This document shows positions 18,015 to 26,962 of a stretch of DNA of 38,445 nucleotides, piece by piece; the first letter of the stretch is position 1; each line of letters starts with the position of its first letter. This DNA is from Patescibacteria group bacterium (GTDB lineage Bacteria; Patescibacteriota; Patescibacteriia; UBA9934). Location of the stretch: assembly GCA_038064675.1 (NCBI GenBank), contig JBBTSM010000001.1, positions 1-38,445 on the forward strand, given 5' to 3'. The position numbers were made by a program, and so were the translations under genes. Under the pieces are notes generated by a model. The model saw only the letters and a program-made list of their open reading frames with translations. It had not been told where the DNA came from and did not search any database.

Positions 18015-18758
18015 CTACATTCCCTTCTTAAACCCTTCGATCGCTTTCAGTACCTCGAGCGGTACTGCAAAGACCACAGTATTCGATGCGTCAGACGAGA
18101 TGTCGTTGATCGAGTTCAGTGTGCGGAGGTGCAGGGCGCCTGGAGCGGCGGAGAGCATGATTGCGGCCTTGGAAAGGTTTTCTGCAGCAGCGACTTCGCC
18201 TTCCGAATTGATGATGACGGCGCGGCGCTCGCGCTCGGCCTCGGCTTGCTTTGCAATAGTGCGCACCATGTCTGGTGGCAAGTTGATGTCCTTCAGCTCA
18301 ACCGCTGTCACTTCTACGCCCCATCCGCCAGTTGCCGCCTCAACAAGCTGTTCGATTCGCGATGAAATCTGCTGGCGTTGCGAAAGGAGTTCGTCGAGAG
18401 TAACTTCACCAACCACGTTTCGCATCGTCGTTTGTGCAAGTTGGAGCACCGCCCAGTGGACGTGCTCAACTTCGATGACGGACTTCTGTGCATCCACGAT
18501 TTTGTAATAGATGACAGCAGTGATTTTTGCAGAAACGTTGTCCTTTGTAATCGCGTCTTGTGGGGGAACTTCCACCGCTTTCAAACGAAGATCAACTTTG
18601 GTCATTGATTGAAAGATCGGGAACACAATCCGCCATCCTGGATTGATCATGCTTGAATAGCGGCCCATGGTGAACTTCACGCCGCGCTCGTACTGGTTGA
18701 CCTGTCGGAGTGAAATGAGGATAACGATTGCGATGACGATGAGAAAAAAATATGGCAT
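18015..18758 (-). CDS. SPFH/band-7 (stomatin/slipin) protein
   Basis: Motifs QYERGVKF, VDLR, ITKDNV, LAQTTMRNVVG, QAEAERERRA and ALHLRTL. Confidence 0.92.
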   Translation of the reverse strand: MPYFFLIVIAIVILISLRQVNQYERGVKFTMGRYSSMINPGWRIVFPIFQSMTKVDLRLKAVEVPPQDAITKDNVSAKITAVIYYKIVDAQKSVIEVEHVHWAVLQLAQTTMRNVVGEVTLDELLSQRQQISSRIEQLVEAATGGWGVEVTAVELKDINLPPDMVRTIAKQAEAERERRAVIINSEGEVAAAENLSKAAIMLSAAPGALHLRTLNSINDISSDASNTVVFAVPLEVLKAIEGFKKGM

Positions 18759-18785
18759 AGAAGGAGTAAAGAGTATGCAATAGTG

Positions 18786-19700
18786 TTAGTCCGATTGCGG
18801 GCAAAGCGCAAGGAGGGTGGCAAGAAATGCCTCGTGTGCCGGTTTCTTCTCAACCACCACGTGATAGATCGACTGAATGAACGGGAGATCTGAGAGCACG
18901 ATGCCAGGAATGTTCACGATGCACGGAATAGTGTTGAGCGCTTCGCTTCCGCGAACGGGTTTGAGACTCTGGGCGAATCGGATACCTGTGGTGTAATTTG
19001 TTGAGTTCGCGCTTTGCGATGTTGCCACAAGATCACCCAGACCTGCAGGGCCGAATGCGGTTTGTGGATTCCCGCCAACGGTCGTAACGAGATGCATCAT
19101 TTCTTGTGCAGCTTGCGCCACAAGCGCTCCGTGAATATTGCTTCCCATCTTAAGACCGTCGCAAATGCCGAGTCCGAGTGCGTAGATATTCTTGAGCGCG
19201 GCCGCGAGCACTGCTCCAGCCAGATCGTCTGTTTGGCAGATGACAAGTGGCGTGCGATTGAAGAGCCCTGCGACTGTTGCTCTCGCCTCGATCGATGTAC
19301 TTGCAGCGATGCCGATTGCCGGAAGCCCAGAGAGAATTTCTTCTGCAATCATCGGGCCACCTAGAAATACGAATGGATTATGGTTTGGGAGATTTTGCGG
19401 GAACAGCGTATCTACGCGATGACAGGTTTCTTTCTCAAATCCCTTGGATGGGCTGACGACGATGGTTTTTGGATTCAGGAATGGATGGACGCTCTGTAAT
19501 GCAGATCGTGTGGTCCATGTTGGTACGCACACAAAGAGCACATCGCACGTTGGAATGATTGCCTCCAATGGGTGTTGTTCTGGAATGATGTCGCTATTTT
19601 TATCCCAACATGTCACCGTGACGTCCTTTTGTGGAAGGAGGAGGTGATGAATGGCTTTTCCAAATTCTCCGTATCCAAGAATCACGACCTGTGTGGTCAT
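18786..19700 (-). CDS. gpsA: NAD(P)H-dependent glycerol-3-phosphate dehydrogenase
   Basis: Motifs ILGYGEFG, SKGFE, GGPMIAEE, ALKNIYALGLG and GPAGLGDLVAT. Confidence 0.88.
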   Translation of the reverse strand: MTTQVVILGYGEFGKAIHHLLLPQKDVTVTCWDKNSDIIPEQHPLEAIIPTCDVLFVCVPTWTTRSALQSVHPFLNPKTIVVSPSKGFEKETCHRVDTLFPQNLPNHNPFVFLGGPMIAEEILSGLPAIGIAASTSIEARATVAGLFNRTPLVICQTDDLAGAVLAAALKNIYALGLGICDGLKMGSNIHGALVAQAAQEMMHLVTTVGGNPQTAFGPAGLGDLVATSQSANSTNYTTGIRFAQSLKPVRGSEALNTIPCIVNIPGIVLSDLPFIQSIYHVVVEKKPAHEAFLATLLALCPQSD

Positions 19701-19817
19701 ATATCGGCAGTATACCGGAATCATGAATCATTGATGAAGCATGGACTGGAATCGATGGTGAAGGCGATTTATACTATTGGTTGGTTCAGAGATATTTTTT
19801 ATTGATGATTGATCTGT

Positions 19818-21059
19818 ATGGACAAGCAGATGCTCAAGCAACACCTTCCGTCGCTCTTGGTTGGCTTTATTGGTGCGGTGTTGTGCCAGGTGGTGCTCGT
19901 TGCGGTGGGGTTGGGGATTCTTTTGCATTCGCCACTGAAAGATTCGCTCGCACAACAGCTGCAGTCTATCGTGGATAAAGCGGTTACCGAAAAGAATCTT
20001 ACGGATTCTGCGGGGAACCATTCCGACGTGATTGATGTGGTGGATGCCGCGGATCCTGCAGTGGTGTCAATTGTTATCACGAAAGATGTTCCAAAGATGG
20101 AACAAATCCTCAATCAAGACGGTCAGAACAGTCCGTTCGGCATGTTTGGTTGGGGTATGCCACAGTATCGACAGAATGGAACGGAAGAAAAAGAGATTGG
20201 CGGAGGTAGCGGTTTCATTGTATCCGATGACGGATATATCGTGACGAACGCACATGTCGTCAGCGATAAGGACGCGAAGTACACGGTGCTGTTGAACGAC
20301 GAGAGCAAACACGACGCAACGGTGGTTGCAGCAGATAGCACGTTGGATGTCGCGGTGCTGAAAATTGATGCGTCCAATCTTTCGTTCCTTGAGTTTGGCG
20401 ATTCCGACACGGTGAAGGTTGGCCAGTCGGTGGTGGCGATTGGCAATGCGCTCGGGCAGTTCCGTAATACTGTTTCCGTTGGTGTGATTTCTGGACTGTC
20501 GCGATCCATTACCGCGGGAAGCAATGGCGGTTCAGAATTGCTGTCAGATGTACTCCAGACGGATGCCGCGATCAATCCGGGGAACTCTGGTGGTCCGTTA
20601 CTCGACCTTTCCGGCCAGGTTATTGGTGTGAACGTCGCTACAAGTAGCGGGGGAGAGAATATTTCCTTCTCACTTCCAAGTAACACCGTGAAGGCGACGG
20701 TTGATTCCATTCGTCAGAACGGTCGCATTGTTCAGCCGTACCTTGGTGTGCGATACGTCATCATCGATGAAGAGTATGCAAAGGCGAACGATCTTTCAGT
20801 TACTGATGGTGCGTTAGTGATTCGCGGCAGCGACGGAAAGACCCTCGCAGTGGTTCCAGGATCACCAGCAGACAAGGCGGGCATTGAGGAGAATGACATC
20901 ATCACCGAAGTCGATGGCGTAAAACTTGATAGCACGCACCAGCTTGCTACAGAGCTCCGTCAAAAGGCGGTCGGCGATACGGTAACACTGAAGATTTTGC
21001 ACGATGGCGCAGAAAAGACGTTAACAGCTACGCTCGAAGAACGACCAAAGGCCGACTAG
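19818..21059 (+). CDS. htrA: HtrA/DegP-family serine protease with one PDZ domain
   Basis: Motifs GGGSGFIV, TNAHVV, DVAVLKI, QTDAAINPGNSGGPL and GSPADKAGI; N-terminal TM. Confidence 0.93.
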   Translation: MDKQMLKQHLPSLLVGFIGAVLCQVVLVAVGLGILLHSPLKDSLAQQLQSIVDKAVTEKNLTDSAGNHSDVIDVVDAADPAVVSIVITKDVPKMEQILNQDGQNSPFGMFGWGMPQYRQNGTEEKEIGGGSGFIVSDDGYIVTNAHVVSDKDAKYTVLLNDESKHDATVVAADSTLDVAVLKIDASNLSFLEFGDSDTVKVGQSVVAIGNALGQFRNTVSVGVISGLSRSITAGSNGGSELLSDVLQTDAAINPGNSGGPLLDLSGQVIGVNVATSSGGENISFSLPSNTVKATVDSIRQNGRIVQPYLGVRYVIIDEEYAKANDLSVTDGALVIRGSDGKTLAVVPGSPADKAGIEENDIITEVDGVKLDSTHQLATELRQKAVGDTVTLKILHDGAEKTLTATLEERPKAD

Positions 21060-21092
21060 CGGTTTCGGGGGAATGGCGTATGCTGGCTGCAT

Positions 21093-21983
21093 ATGAAACA
21101 TCCATTCTCTATCGCGTTAGTGGCAATTCTTGCACTGCTCGGTGTGGCACTTGTCGGCCTGTTGGTGTTCCGCTTGATGAATGGGGCGATTATTCCTCCA
21201 GATTGGAGAGATACTGACGACACAACAGACGTTGGCGACGGCACGAATGTTCCAGGCGATACAGACGACACAGCGCAAGCGGCAACGTCTACATCCGGCA
21301 ACATCACTGTTACGAGTCCAACGGCAGACGAAACGATCGGCTTGCCGCTCGTCACTAAGGGGAAGGCTCGAGTATTTGAGGGCACGTTCAATTATCGGTT
21401 GCTCGATGCGAATGAAACGGTGCTCGCAGAAGGCAACGCGATGAGCAACGCTCCTGACGTCGGTGAATTTGGAGCCTTTACCGTGACGACAAGCTACGAT
21501 GCACCAACCGGTACTTCTGGAACGCTTGAAGTGTTCGACTACAGTGCAAAGGACGGCGCGGTTATCGACCTTGTGACATTCCCAGTGAAGTTTCCAACGA
21601 TGGAAACAATGATTGTAAAAACATATTGGACGAATATGGAAACGAGCGGATCCTGTAGCTCGGTGACCGCAACAGAACGTCGTGTGGCGAAGTCTGCGGC
21701 CGTAGGATACACGGCGCTCACGGAGTTGCTCGCTGGTCCAAATACTCCAGAATCCATGGCGCAGCTCGCGACGAGCATTCCACCGTTCGTCTCCATCAAG
21801 AGCCTAACGATCAACGACGGCGTCGCGAAAGTCGAATTCTCGAAATCGCTCGAATCCGGCGGTTCTTGCCGCGTCGCATCGATCCGTGCACAGATCGAAT
21901 CCACATTGAAACAATTCCCAACGGTCACATCGGTGATCATCAGCACCGAAGGCCGAACCTCAGCTGAATCATTGCAGCCGTAG
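21093..21983 (+). CDS. Membrane-anchored Gmad2-type Ig-like plus GerMN domain protein
   Basis: G.ARVFEGTFNYRLLD; ALTELLAGP...SIP; GGSCRVASIRAQIESTLKQFPTVTSVIIS. Confidence 0.8.
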   Translation: MKHPFSIALVAILALLGVALVGLLVFRLMNGAIIPPDWRDTDDTTDVGDGTNVPGDTDDTAQAATSTSGNITVTSPTADETIGLPLVTKGKARVFEGTFNYRLLDANETVLAEGNAMSNAPDVGEFGAFTVTTSYDAPTGTSGTLEVFDYSAKDGAVIDLVTFPVKFPTMETMIVKTYWTNMETSGSCSSVTATERRVAKSAAVGYTALTELLAGPNTPESMAQLATSIPPFVSIKSLTINDGVAKVEFSKSLESGGSCRVASIRAQIESTLKQFPTVTSVIISTEGRTSAESLQP

Positions 21984-22003
21984 GGCGAAACGAGACATAA
22001 AAC

Positions 22004-22034
22004 AAAAACTCCCCGATTGCTCGGGGAGTTTTTT
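22004..22034. terminator. Bidirectional intrinsic terminator
   Basis: aaaaactccccga-ttgc-tcggggagtttttt between convergent genes. Confidence 0.85.
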
Positions 22035-22051
22035 GAACGATTAGGACTTTC

Positions 22052-22157
22052 TCATTTTAGACTATTTTCGGTGCGCCAGGAGCAAAGCTTGCGAGGCGTA
22101 CTTCATGGTACGTTGAGCAAGTTTGCGACGCAGTAAGCCGAAAAAAGTCAAAATGAG
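22052..22157 (+). repeat. Family A hairpin copy 5
   Basis: Core ga-ggcgtac-ttcatg-gtacgtt-ga; ends ctcatttt/aaaatgag. Confidence 0.9.
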
Positions 22158-22167
22158 GAAGGACTAT

Positions 22168-22455
22168 TTAGAGAAGCGCTTCCTTTGCTGCCTTGCTCAC
22201 ACCGAACTTGAGAACGGTGCGTGCTGGGATCTTGATGGTTGCACCCGTTGCTGGGTTGCGGCCCATGCGTGCTGCGCGGTTCTTCTTCACCATCTTTCCA
22301 AGACCTGGGAATGCAACTTCGCCAGCGCGTTTGATTTCTCCGTAGATCATTGCAACGAAGCTATCGTACATTTCTCCAGCTTGCTTCTTGGAAACTCCCC
22401 AGCGCTCTGAAAGATCTGCCATGATCTGTGACTTCGTAAGACGTTTCGCTGCCAT
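22168..22455 (-). CDS. hup: HU-family DNA-binding protein
   Basis: LTKSQI...PGLGK....RAARMGRNPATGATIKIPA....KF signature. Confidence 0.92.
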   Translation of the reverse strand: MAAKRLTKSQIMADLSERWGVSKKQAGEMYDSFVAMIYGEIKRAGEVAFPGLGKMVKKNRAARMGRNPATGATIKIPARTVLKFGVSKAAKEALL

Positions 22456-22525
22456 ATCTTTTTCTTAGTGAGTAAAGAGATTACGCGGGAAAGCTTAGCA
22501 ATCTTTCAGATCTCACGAAAGAAGG

Positions 22526-22534
22526 TTATTCACA
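22526..22534 (+). promoter_or_regulatory. DnaA-box-like 9-mer
   Basis: TTATTCACA in the hup/LCP divergent promoter region. Confidence 0.4.
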
Positions 22535-22594
22535 GGGGTATCTGTATTGCATGATTGTCTGCTTTGAACTATGAAGGAGGTAAGAATTTGTTGT

Positions 22595-23803
22595 ATGTCC
22601 TTTTTGATCTTTTGGAAACGCGAAAAACGGAGGATTACCTTGCTTGTTGTTGCCGCGAGTTGTACCGCGATGGTGACGGCATTTTTGTGGTTTCGTGCAG
22701 TTCCACTTTCAGTTTCTGCTGTGACGCCGCGAGTGAATAGTGCTGTAGATACCGTGCTTGCGGCCCGAAAAGCCACGGTGCTTCAGTATGATGATGTCCC
22801 GTTTGGTGATGATCAATCCATCAATGTGCTGGTGCTTGGATTGGATTCGCGCAAAGAGGGAATTGAGCAACATTGTGATTCCATTCACATGGTGTCTGTG
22901 AATACGAAAGACTGGACGGTGCTCATGACGAGTGTTCCGCGTGGAACGTATGCATACATTCCACCAGGCACGTATGCCGACAATGAATACTATCTTGCGA
23001 ACGCGTGTGCATTCGCGGGCCTCGACTACGGCGTGGAGCAAATCGAGCGCATCGTTGGCGTGAAAGCGGACTACGTGGTGACCGCGGGATTTTCTCAAGT
23101 GCTCGGAATTTTGCGCACGCTGGAATTACCGACCACCGAGGGTTTGCAATGGCTTCGTGCGCGTCAGAGCTACAAGATTGGCGATCCGCAGCGCAGCGAA
23201 AATCAAGCGGTCTTTTTGAAAGATGTTGCACTTAAACTGCTCGGTGGGAATGGCGTTCCGGATGTGATGTTCCACTTGCTGTATTCGTTCGTGGACACTG
23301 ACATGAGCGAAAGTACAGCAAAGGCGTTGTACGACGGTTTGTTGCTTCATGGCATCGCGAACCGTCCAGACAACATTATGCTCACCATGAAGCCGCATTA
23401 CGACGTGAAAGAGATTCATTTCGATCCTGAAAATGCGGCGAAGCAAATTGATGATCTTCTCGCGAAGCTTGAGGGCCGATTGTTGCGATTCGATCTTGTT
23501 GGCCGAACAATCGCGGATGTTCAGCGCGATTTAGTAGTATATCTTGAAGCGGTGCTTGCGGGATCGGAGGGATCGGTTTCCGACGTGATCGATCAGCAGT
23601 TGTGGCTGCAGGTGGAAGATGAGGGTGTGCGTGAATCGCTGCAATATCGGTTCGTAGAAGAATATGCGACGAAGCTGAATGCTACCAGTCACGACGCTGC
23701 GGTACAGTTCATTGCGGACTACATTTTGGAACAGCAGACGCTCGGTTCATTGGTATGGGAAGCGAAAGGTCGTGCGTTGTTGGAAACGCTGTTGGCGAAA
23801 TAA
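22595..23803 (+). CDS. LCP (LytR-CpsA-Psr) family protein
   Basis: TM then INVLVLGLDSR, CDSIH, TSVPRGT, LRAR and GDPQRSENQ. Start may instead be 22571. Confidence 0.8.
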   Translation: MSFLIFWKREKRRITLLVVAASCTAMVTAFLWFRAVPLSVSAVTPRVNSAVDTVLAARKATVLQYDDVPFGDDQSINVLVLGLDSRKEGIEQHCDSIHMVSVNTKDWTVLMTSVPRGTYAYIPPGTYADNEYYLANACAFAGLDYGVEQIERIVGVKADYVVTAGFSQVLGILRTLELPTTEGLQWLRARQSYKIGDPQRSENQAVFLKDVALKLLGGNGVPDVMFHLLYSFVDTDMSESTAKALYDGLLLHGIANRPDNIMLTMKPHYDVKEIHFDPENAAKQIDDLLAKLEGRLLRFDLVGRTIADVQRDLVVYLEAVLAGSEGSVSDVIDQQLWLQVEDEGVRESLQYRFVEEYATKLNATSHDAAVQFIADYILEQQTLGSLVWEAKGRALLETLLAK

Positions 23804-24116
23804 GACGAGTGTGTTAAAGTTTCTTTACGTTCGTGGAGCAGTAGGCACAATGATGCTGCCGTGAAGGAGCACGGAGACGATGTGCCTTTGTGGGATCAAC
23901 ATGGAGGCCGATCCCGCAAGAAAGGAAGGAGGACAAGAGGGATAATGGCGCTCCTACGCAGGAGCAACGCGCTCGCGAAAGGGCGTTTCCGACATGGGGA
24001 AAAGGAAGCAAAGGGTGGGTCGGACGCCCCGGGGAGTCCGTCGGGCTTGGTCGAAGGATCATTCATCGGCGGACTCTCCGCATTTCTCCCTGTCGATCTT
24101 ATGATCGATTTCACGA

Positions 24117-24162
24117 GAAAACGAATGAGGCTTAGCCGACGCGGCGGCCTCGTTTTCGTTTC
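24117..24162. terminator. Hairpin downstream of recR
   Basis: aaacgaatgaggc...gcctcgttttcgttt. Confidence 0.5.
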
Positions 24163-24189
24163 GGAGACGACCCAGCGGGTCGTCTCTAC
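24163..24189 (-). repeat. GTAG-tagged REP palindrome overlapping the recR stop codon
   Basis: Minus strand GTAG-agacgaccc-gct-gggtcgtct. Confidence 0.7.
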
Positions 24190-24785
24190 GCCTTTGATCT
24201 GCCGGTCATCGCACTCGCCAACGTCACTTCATCCGCGTATTCAATATCGGCGCCCATCGGGAGACCGCGGGCAAGGCGGGTCATGGTTTTTCCAAATGTC
24301 GAGAGTTGACGCTGCAAATACATGATGGTGGTTTCGCCGTGAACGTCGGCGGAGAATGCTAGGATGAATTCGGCGATTGATGGGGAATTTTTCACGTGGT
24401 CGAGTAATGCTTTCACGTTCAGCATCTCTGGCGTGCGGCCGTCGATCGGGTTCAATGTGCCGCCGAGCACAAAATAGCGGCCTTTATATACGCTTGTTGC
24501 TTCGATGGTAGAAATATCTCGTGCCTCTGCGACGATACAAAGTTTTGTGGCGTCGCGATTCGGGTCTGCACAAATTTCGCACACGTCTTTTTCAGCAAAC
24601 GTAAAGCAGGTTTGGCACAGGGTGATGTTGCCGAGATCGACAATCGCGCGGCCAATGCTCGCCAGTTCAAGTTTGCTGAAATGGAGAAGTGCGAACGCAT
24701 AACGAAGTGCGGTTTTTGGCCCCACTCCCGGAAGGCGGCCGAGTGCTGCCGCAGCATTATGAATGGGAGTAGGGAACCTGCGCAT
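24186..24785 (-). CDS. recR: Recombination mediator RecR
   Basis: LPGVGPKTALR, C4 zinc finger, YFVLGGTLNPIDG, and TRLARGLPMGADIEYADEVTL. Confidence 0.96.
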   Translation of the reverse strand: MRRFPTPIHNAAAALGRLPGVGPKTALRYAFALLHFSKLELASIGRAIVDLGNITLCQTCFTFAEKDVCEICADPNRDATKLCIVAEARDISTIEATSVYKGRYFVLGGTLNPIDGRTPEMLNVKALLDHVKNSPSIAEFILAFSADVHGETTIMYLQRQLSTFGKTMTRLARGLPMGADIEYADEVTLASAMTGRSKA

Positions 24786-24792
24786 AGAGCGG

Positions 24793-24826
24793 TCCCCCTC
24801 CTTACGAAGGAGGGATTAGGGGAGGT
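24793..24826. repeat. Family E palindrome copy 1
   Basis: ccctcctt-acg-aaggaggg followed by attaggggaggt. Confidence 0.75.
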
Positions 24827-25120
24827 TTACAGTCCGAGATTCTTAAACGCATCCAATCCGCCCATTTCTTTCATTTTCTTCATGAGCTCAACCTGAAGTT
24901 TGCTATTCACGTCGTTGAGCGCATCTTTCACTCCAGCCTCAATTTTCGATCGGTCGAGCTCTTCATTAATCTTTACGCCAAGAGTCTCGTGACTTCCGTT
25001 CACCGTGATCATCACCTTGCCGCCCATGCCCTGACCAACAATAACGACTTCATCAAGCATCGCCTTCATCTGCTTGCTCTGATCGCGCATGTCTTTGATC
25101 TGCTTAATCTTATTGAACAT
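24827..25120 (-). CDS. ybaB: YbaB/EbfC nucleoid-associated protein
   Basis: 97 aa, GQGMGGKVMITVNG motif, immediately upstream of recR. Confidence 0.85.
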   Translation of the reverse strand: MFNKIKQIKDMRDQSKQMKAMLDEVVIVGQGMGGKVMITVNGSHETLGVKINEELDRSKIEAGVKDALNDVNSKLQVELMKKMKEMGGLDAFKNLGL

Positions 25121-25145
25121 AGAAATGATGGAAAAGAATGAGACG

Positions 25146-25326
25146 GTGACATCGCGAGCGCCAGTGGCGAGGGTGCACGTTTCGTAACGAGCAGTACTGA
25201 TGCCCAGCCGTAGTCGAGTGATAGCGAGACGTTACGGCGTAGCGTCATTACGCACAGTGGAGAAACGTGTACCCGAGCCACCAGCGAGCGATAGTCACTG
25301 GATCCCCGCCTACGCGGGGATGACTG
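25146..25326 (-). repeat. Family B element copy 2
   Basis: Reverse complement aligns along its length with 5950-6124; stem 25171-25183/25262-25274. Confidence 0.85.
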
Positions 25327-25381
25327 AAAAGAAACAGGGAATGACGGAATACGATTTCGTACGCTCCGAATGGTACCAATC

Positions 25382-26848
25382 TTAGTGTTTTGGTGGAAGG
25401 CCGTAGCCTTTGGGCGGAATTCCTGGAGGGAGACCGACATTGTTTGACTTTGGTTCGTTTGACTGTCCTTCGTTCTGGGGTGAGGTTTGCATCATTGGCG
25501 CGCGATTCTCTAAGTTCTTGAACGACGCATGTGTTGCGTCCCAGAACAGTGGCACCATGCCCGTTGGTCCGTTACGATGTTTTGCGATGTGCACTTCGGC
25601 ACGTGTTTTTTCTTCTGGTGTCAGTTCTTCCGGTTGGTAGTTTCGATCGGCTGCCTTGCGGTATAAAAACATCACCACGTCGGCGTCCTGCTCGATGCTT
25701 CCGGAGTCGCGAAGGTGGGCGAGCTTTGGAATAGCTGGCTTCGTCATTTCCACGGCACGCGACAGCTGTGCGAGTGCGAGCACTGGAACGTTCAGCTCGC
25801 GGGCGATCTGCTTTAAACCTCGAGAAATTTCTGCAACTTCTTGCACGCGATTATCCGTTTTCTTTCGGGCTTCCATGAGCTGCAAGTAGTCGATAACAAT
25901 CATCGATAAACCGTGCTCACTTTGTAATCGACGCGCCTTCGTTCGGATGCTCATGATTGTTGCGATCGGAGAGTCGTCAATAAAGATCGGCGCTTCGGAA
26001 AGCTTGCCAAGTGCTTCGCCAATGCGAGGGAAGTCGTCGGCGCTTTCGCTTAATCGGCCGGTACGAAGCTTCCACAGATCGACGTTCGCTTCGGCTGAGA
26101 TCATACGGTCGACCAACTGCTCCTTGCTCATTTCAAGACTAAAGAATCCCACCGGCTTCCCGGTGCGGAGCGCGACGTTACGAATGATGTCCATGGCAAA
26201 CGACGTCTTTCCGACGGATGGTCGGGCCGCGAGAATGATGAGATCGGAGTTCTGTAGCCCAGCAAGGAGATTGTCGATACCAAAGAATCCCGTTGCGACA
26301 CCACGGAGTTTCCCTTTTTCTTTATGAAGCTCGTCGATGCGATCAAACGCCTCGGTGAGCAGTGTGTGCAGTGGTGTAAATGATTGTTTAATGAAGTTTT
26401 GAGACACGTTGAAGAGTCTGCGCTCGGCTTCGTCGAGGAGCACGTCAACATCCTGTGATTCGTCGAATCCAAGATCGGTAATATCGCTTGCTGCACGAAG
26501 CAGGCGACGGAGCGCCGCTTTCTTGGCAATAATTTCTGCGTGATGTGCAACGTGTGCTGCAGTTGTTGTGACGTTGGTGAGTTCAACCAATGCGGTTCGT
26601 CCACCAATTTGCTTAAGTACGCCCTTTTCTTCAAGGCGATTTCCGAGCGTGAGGACGTCGATCGGTTCGTGCCTATCCACGAGTTCGAGCATGATTTCGT
26701 AAAGAATCCGATGAGAATCTTTGTAGAAGTCTTCGGATCGCAGTGTATCGCCAATTTTGAGGAGCACTTCCTGATCAAGCAAAAGCGCGCCAAGCAGCGA
26801 GCGCTCGGCTTCGAGGTTGTGTGGGGGGATGCGACCAACATCAGACAT
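25382..26848 (-). CDS. dnaB: Replicative DNA helicase
   Basis: Motifs PPHNLEAERSLLG, AARPSVGKT, FSLEM, IDYLQLM, LRDSGSIEQDAD and KHRNGPTG; no intein. Confidence 0.97.
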   Translation of the reverse strand: MSDVGRIPPHNLEAERSLLGALLLDQEVLLKIGDTLRSEDFYKDSHRILYEIMLELVDRHEPIDVLTLGNRLEEKGVLKQIGGRTALVELTNVTTTAAHVAHHAEIIAKKAALRRLLRAASDITDLGFDESQDVDVLLDEAERRLFNVSQNFIKQSFTPLHTLLTEAFDRIDELHKEKGKLRGVATGFFGIDNLLAGLQNSDLIILAARPSVGKTSFAMDIIRNVALRTGKPVGFFSLEMSKEQLVDRMISAEANVDLWKLRTGRLSESADDFPRIGEALGKLSEAPIFIDDSPIATIMSIRTKARRLQSEHGLSMIVIDYLQLMEARKKTDNRVQEVAEISRGLKQIARELNVPVLALAQLSRAVEMTKPAIPKLAHLRDSGSIEQDADVVMFLYRKAADRNYQPEELTPEEKTRAEVHIAKHRNGPTGMVPLFWDATHASFKNLENRAPMMQTSPQNEGQSNEPKSNNVGLPPGIPPKGYGLPPKH

Positions 26849-26962
26849 ACGTAGCCACATCTTAACCGACTCCGTGTGTCATCGAAAGCGAAAAACGTGT
26901 GTAACGTGTGAAGAAGATGTGCGTGGGGAGGGGATAAGCGGGAATGGTACAATGATGGCGCT

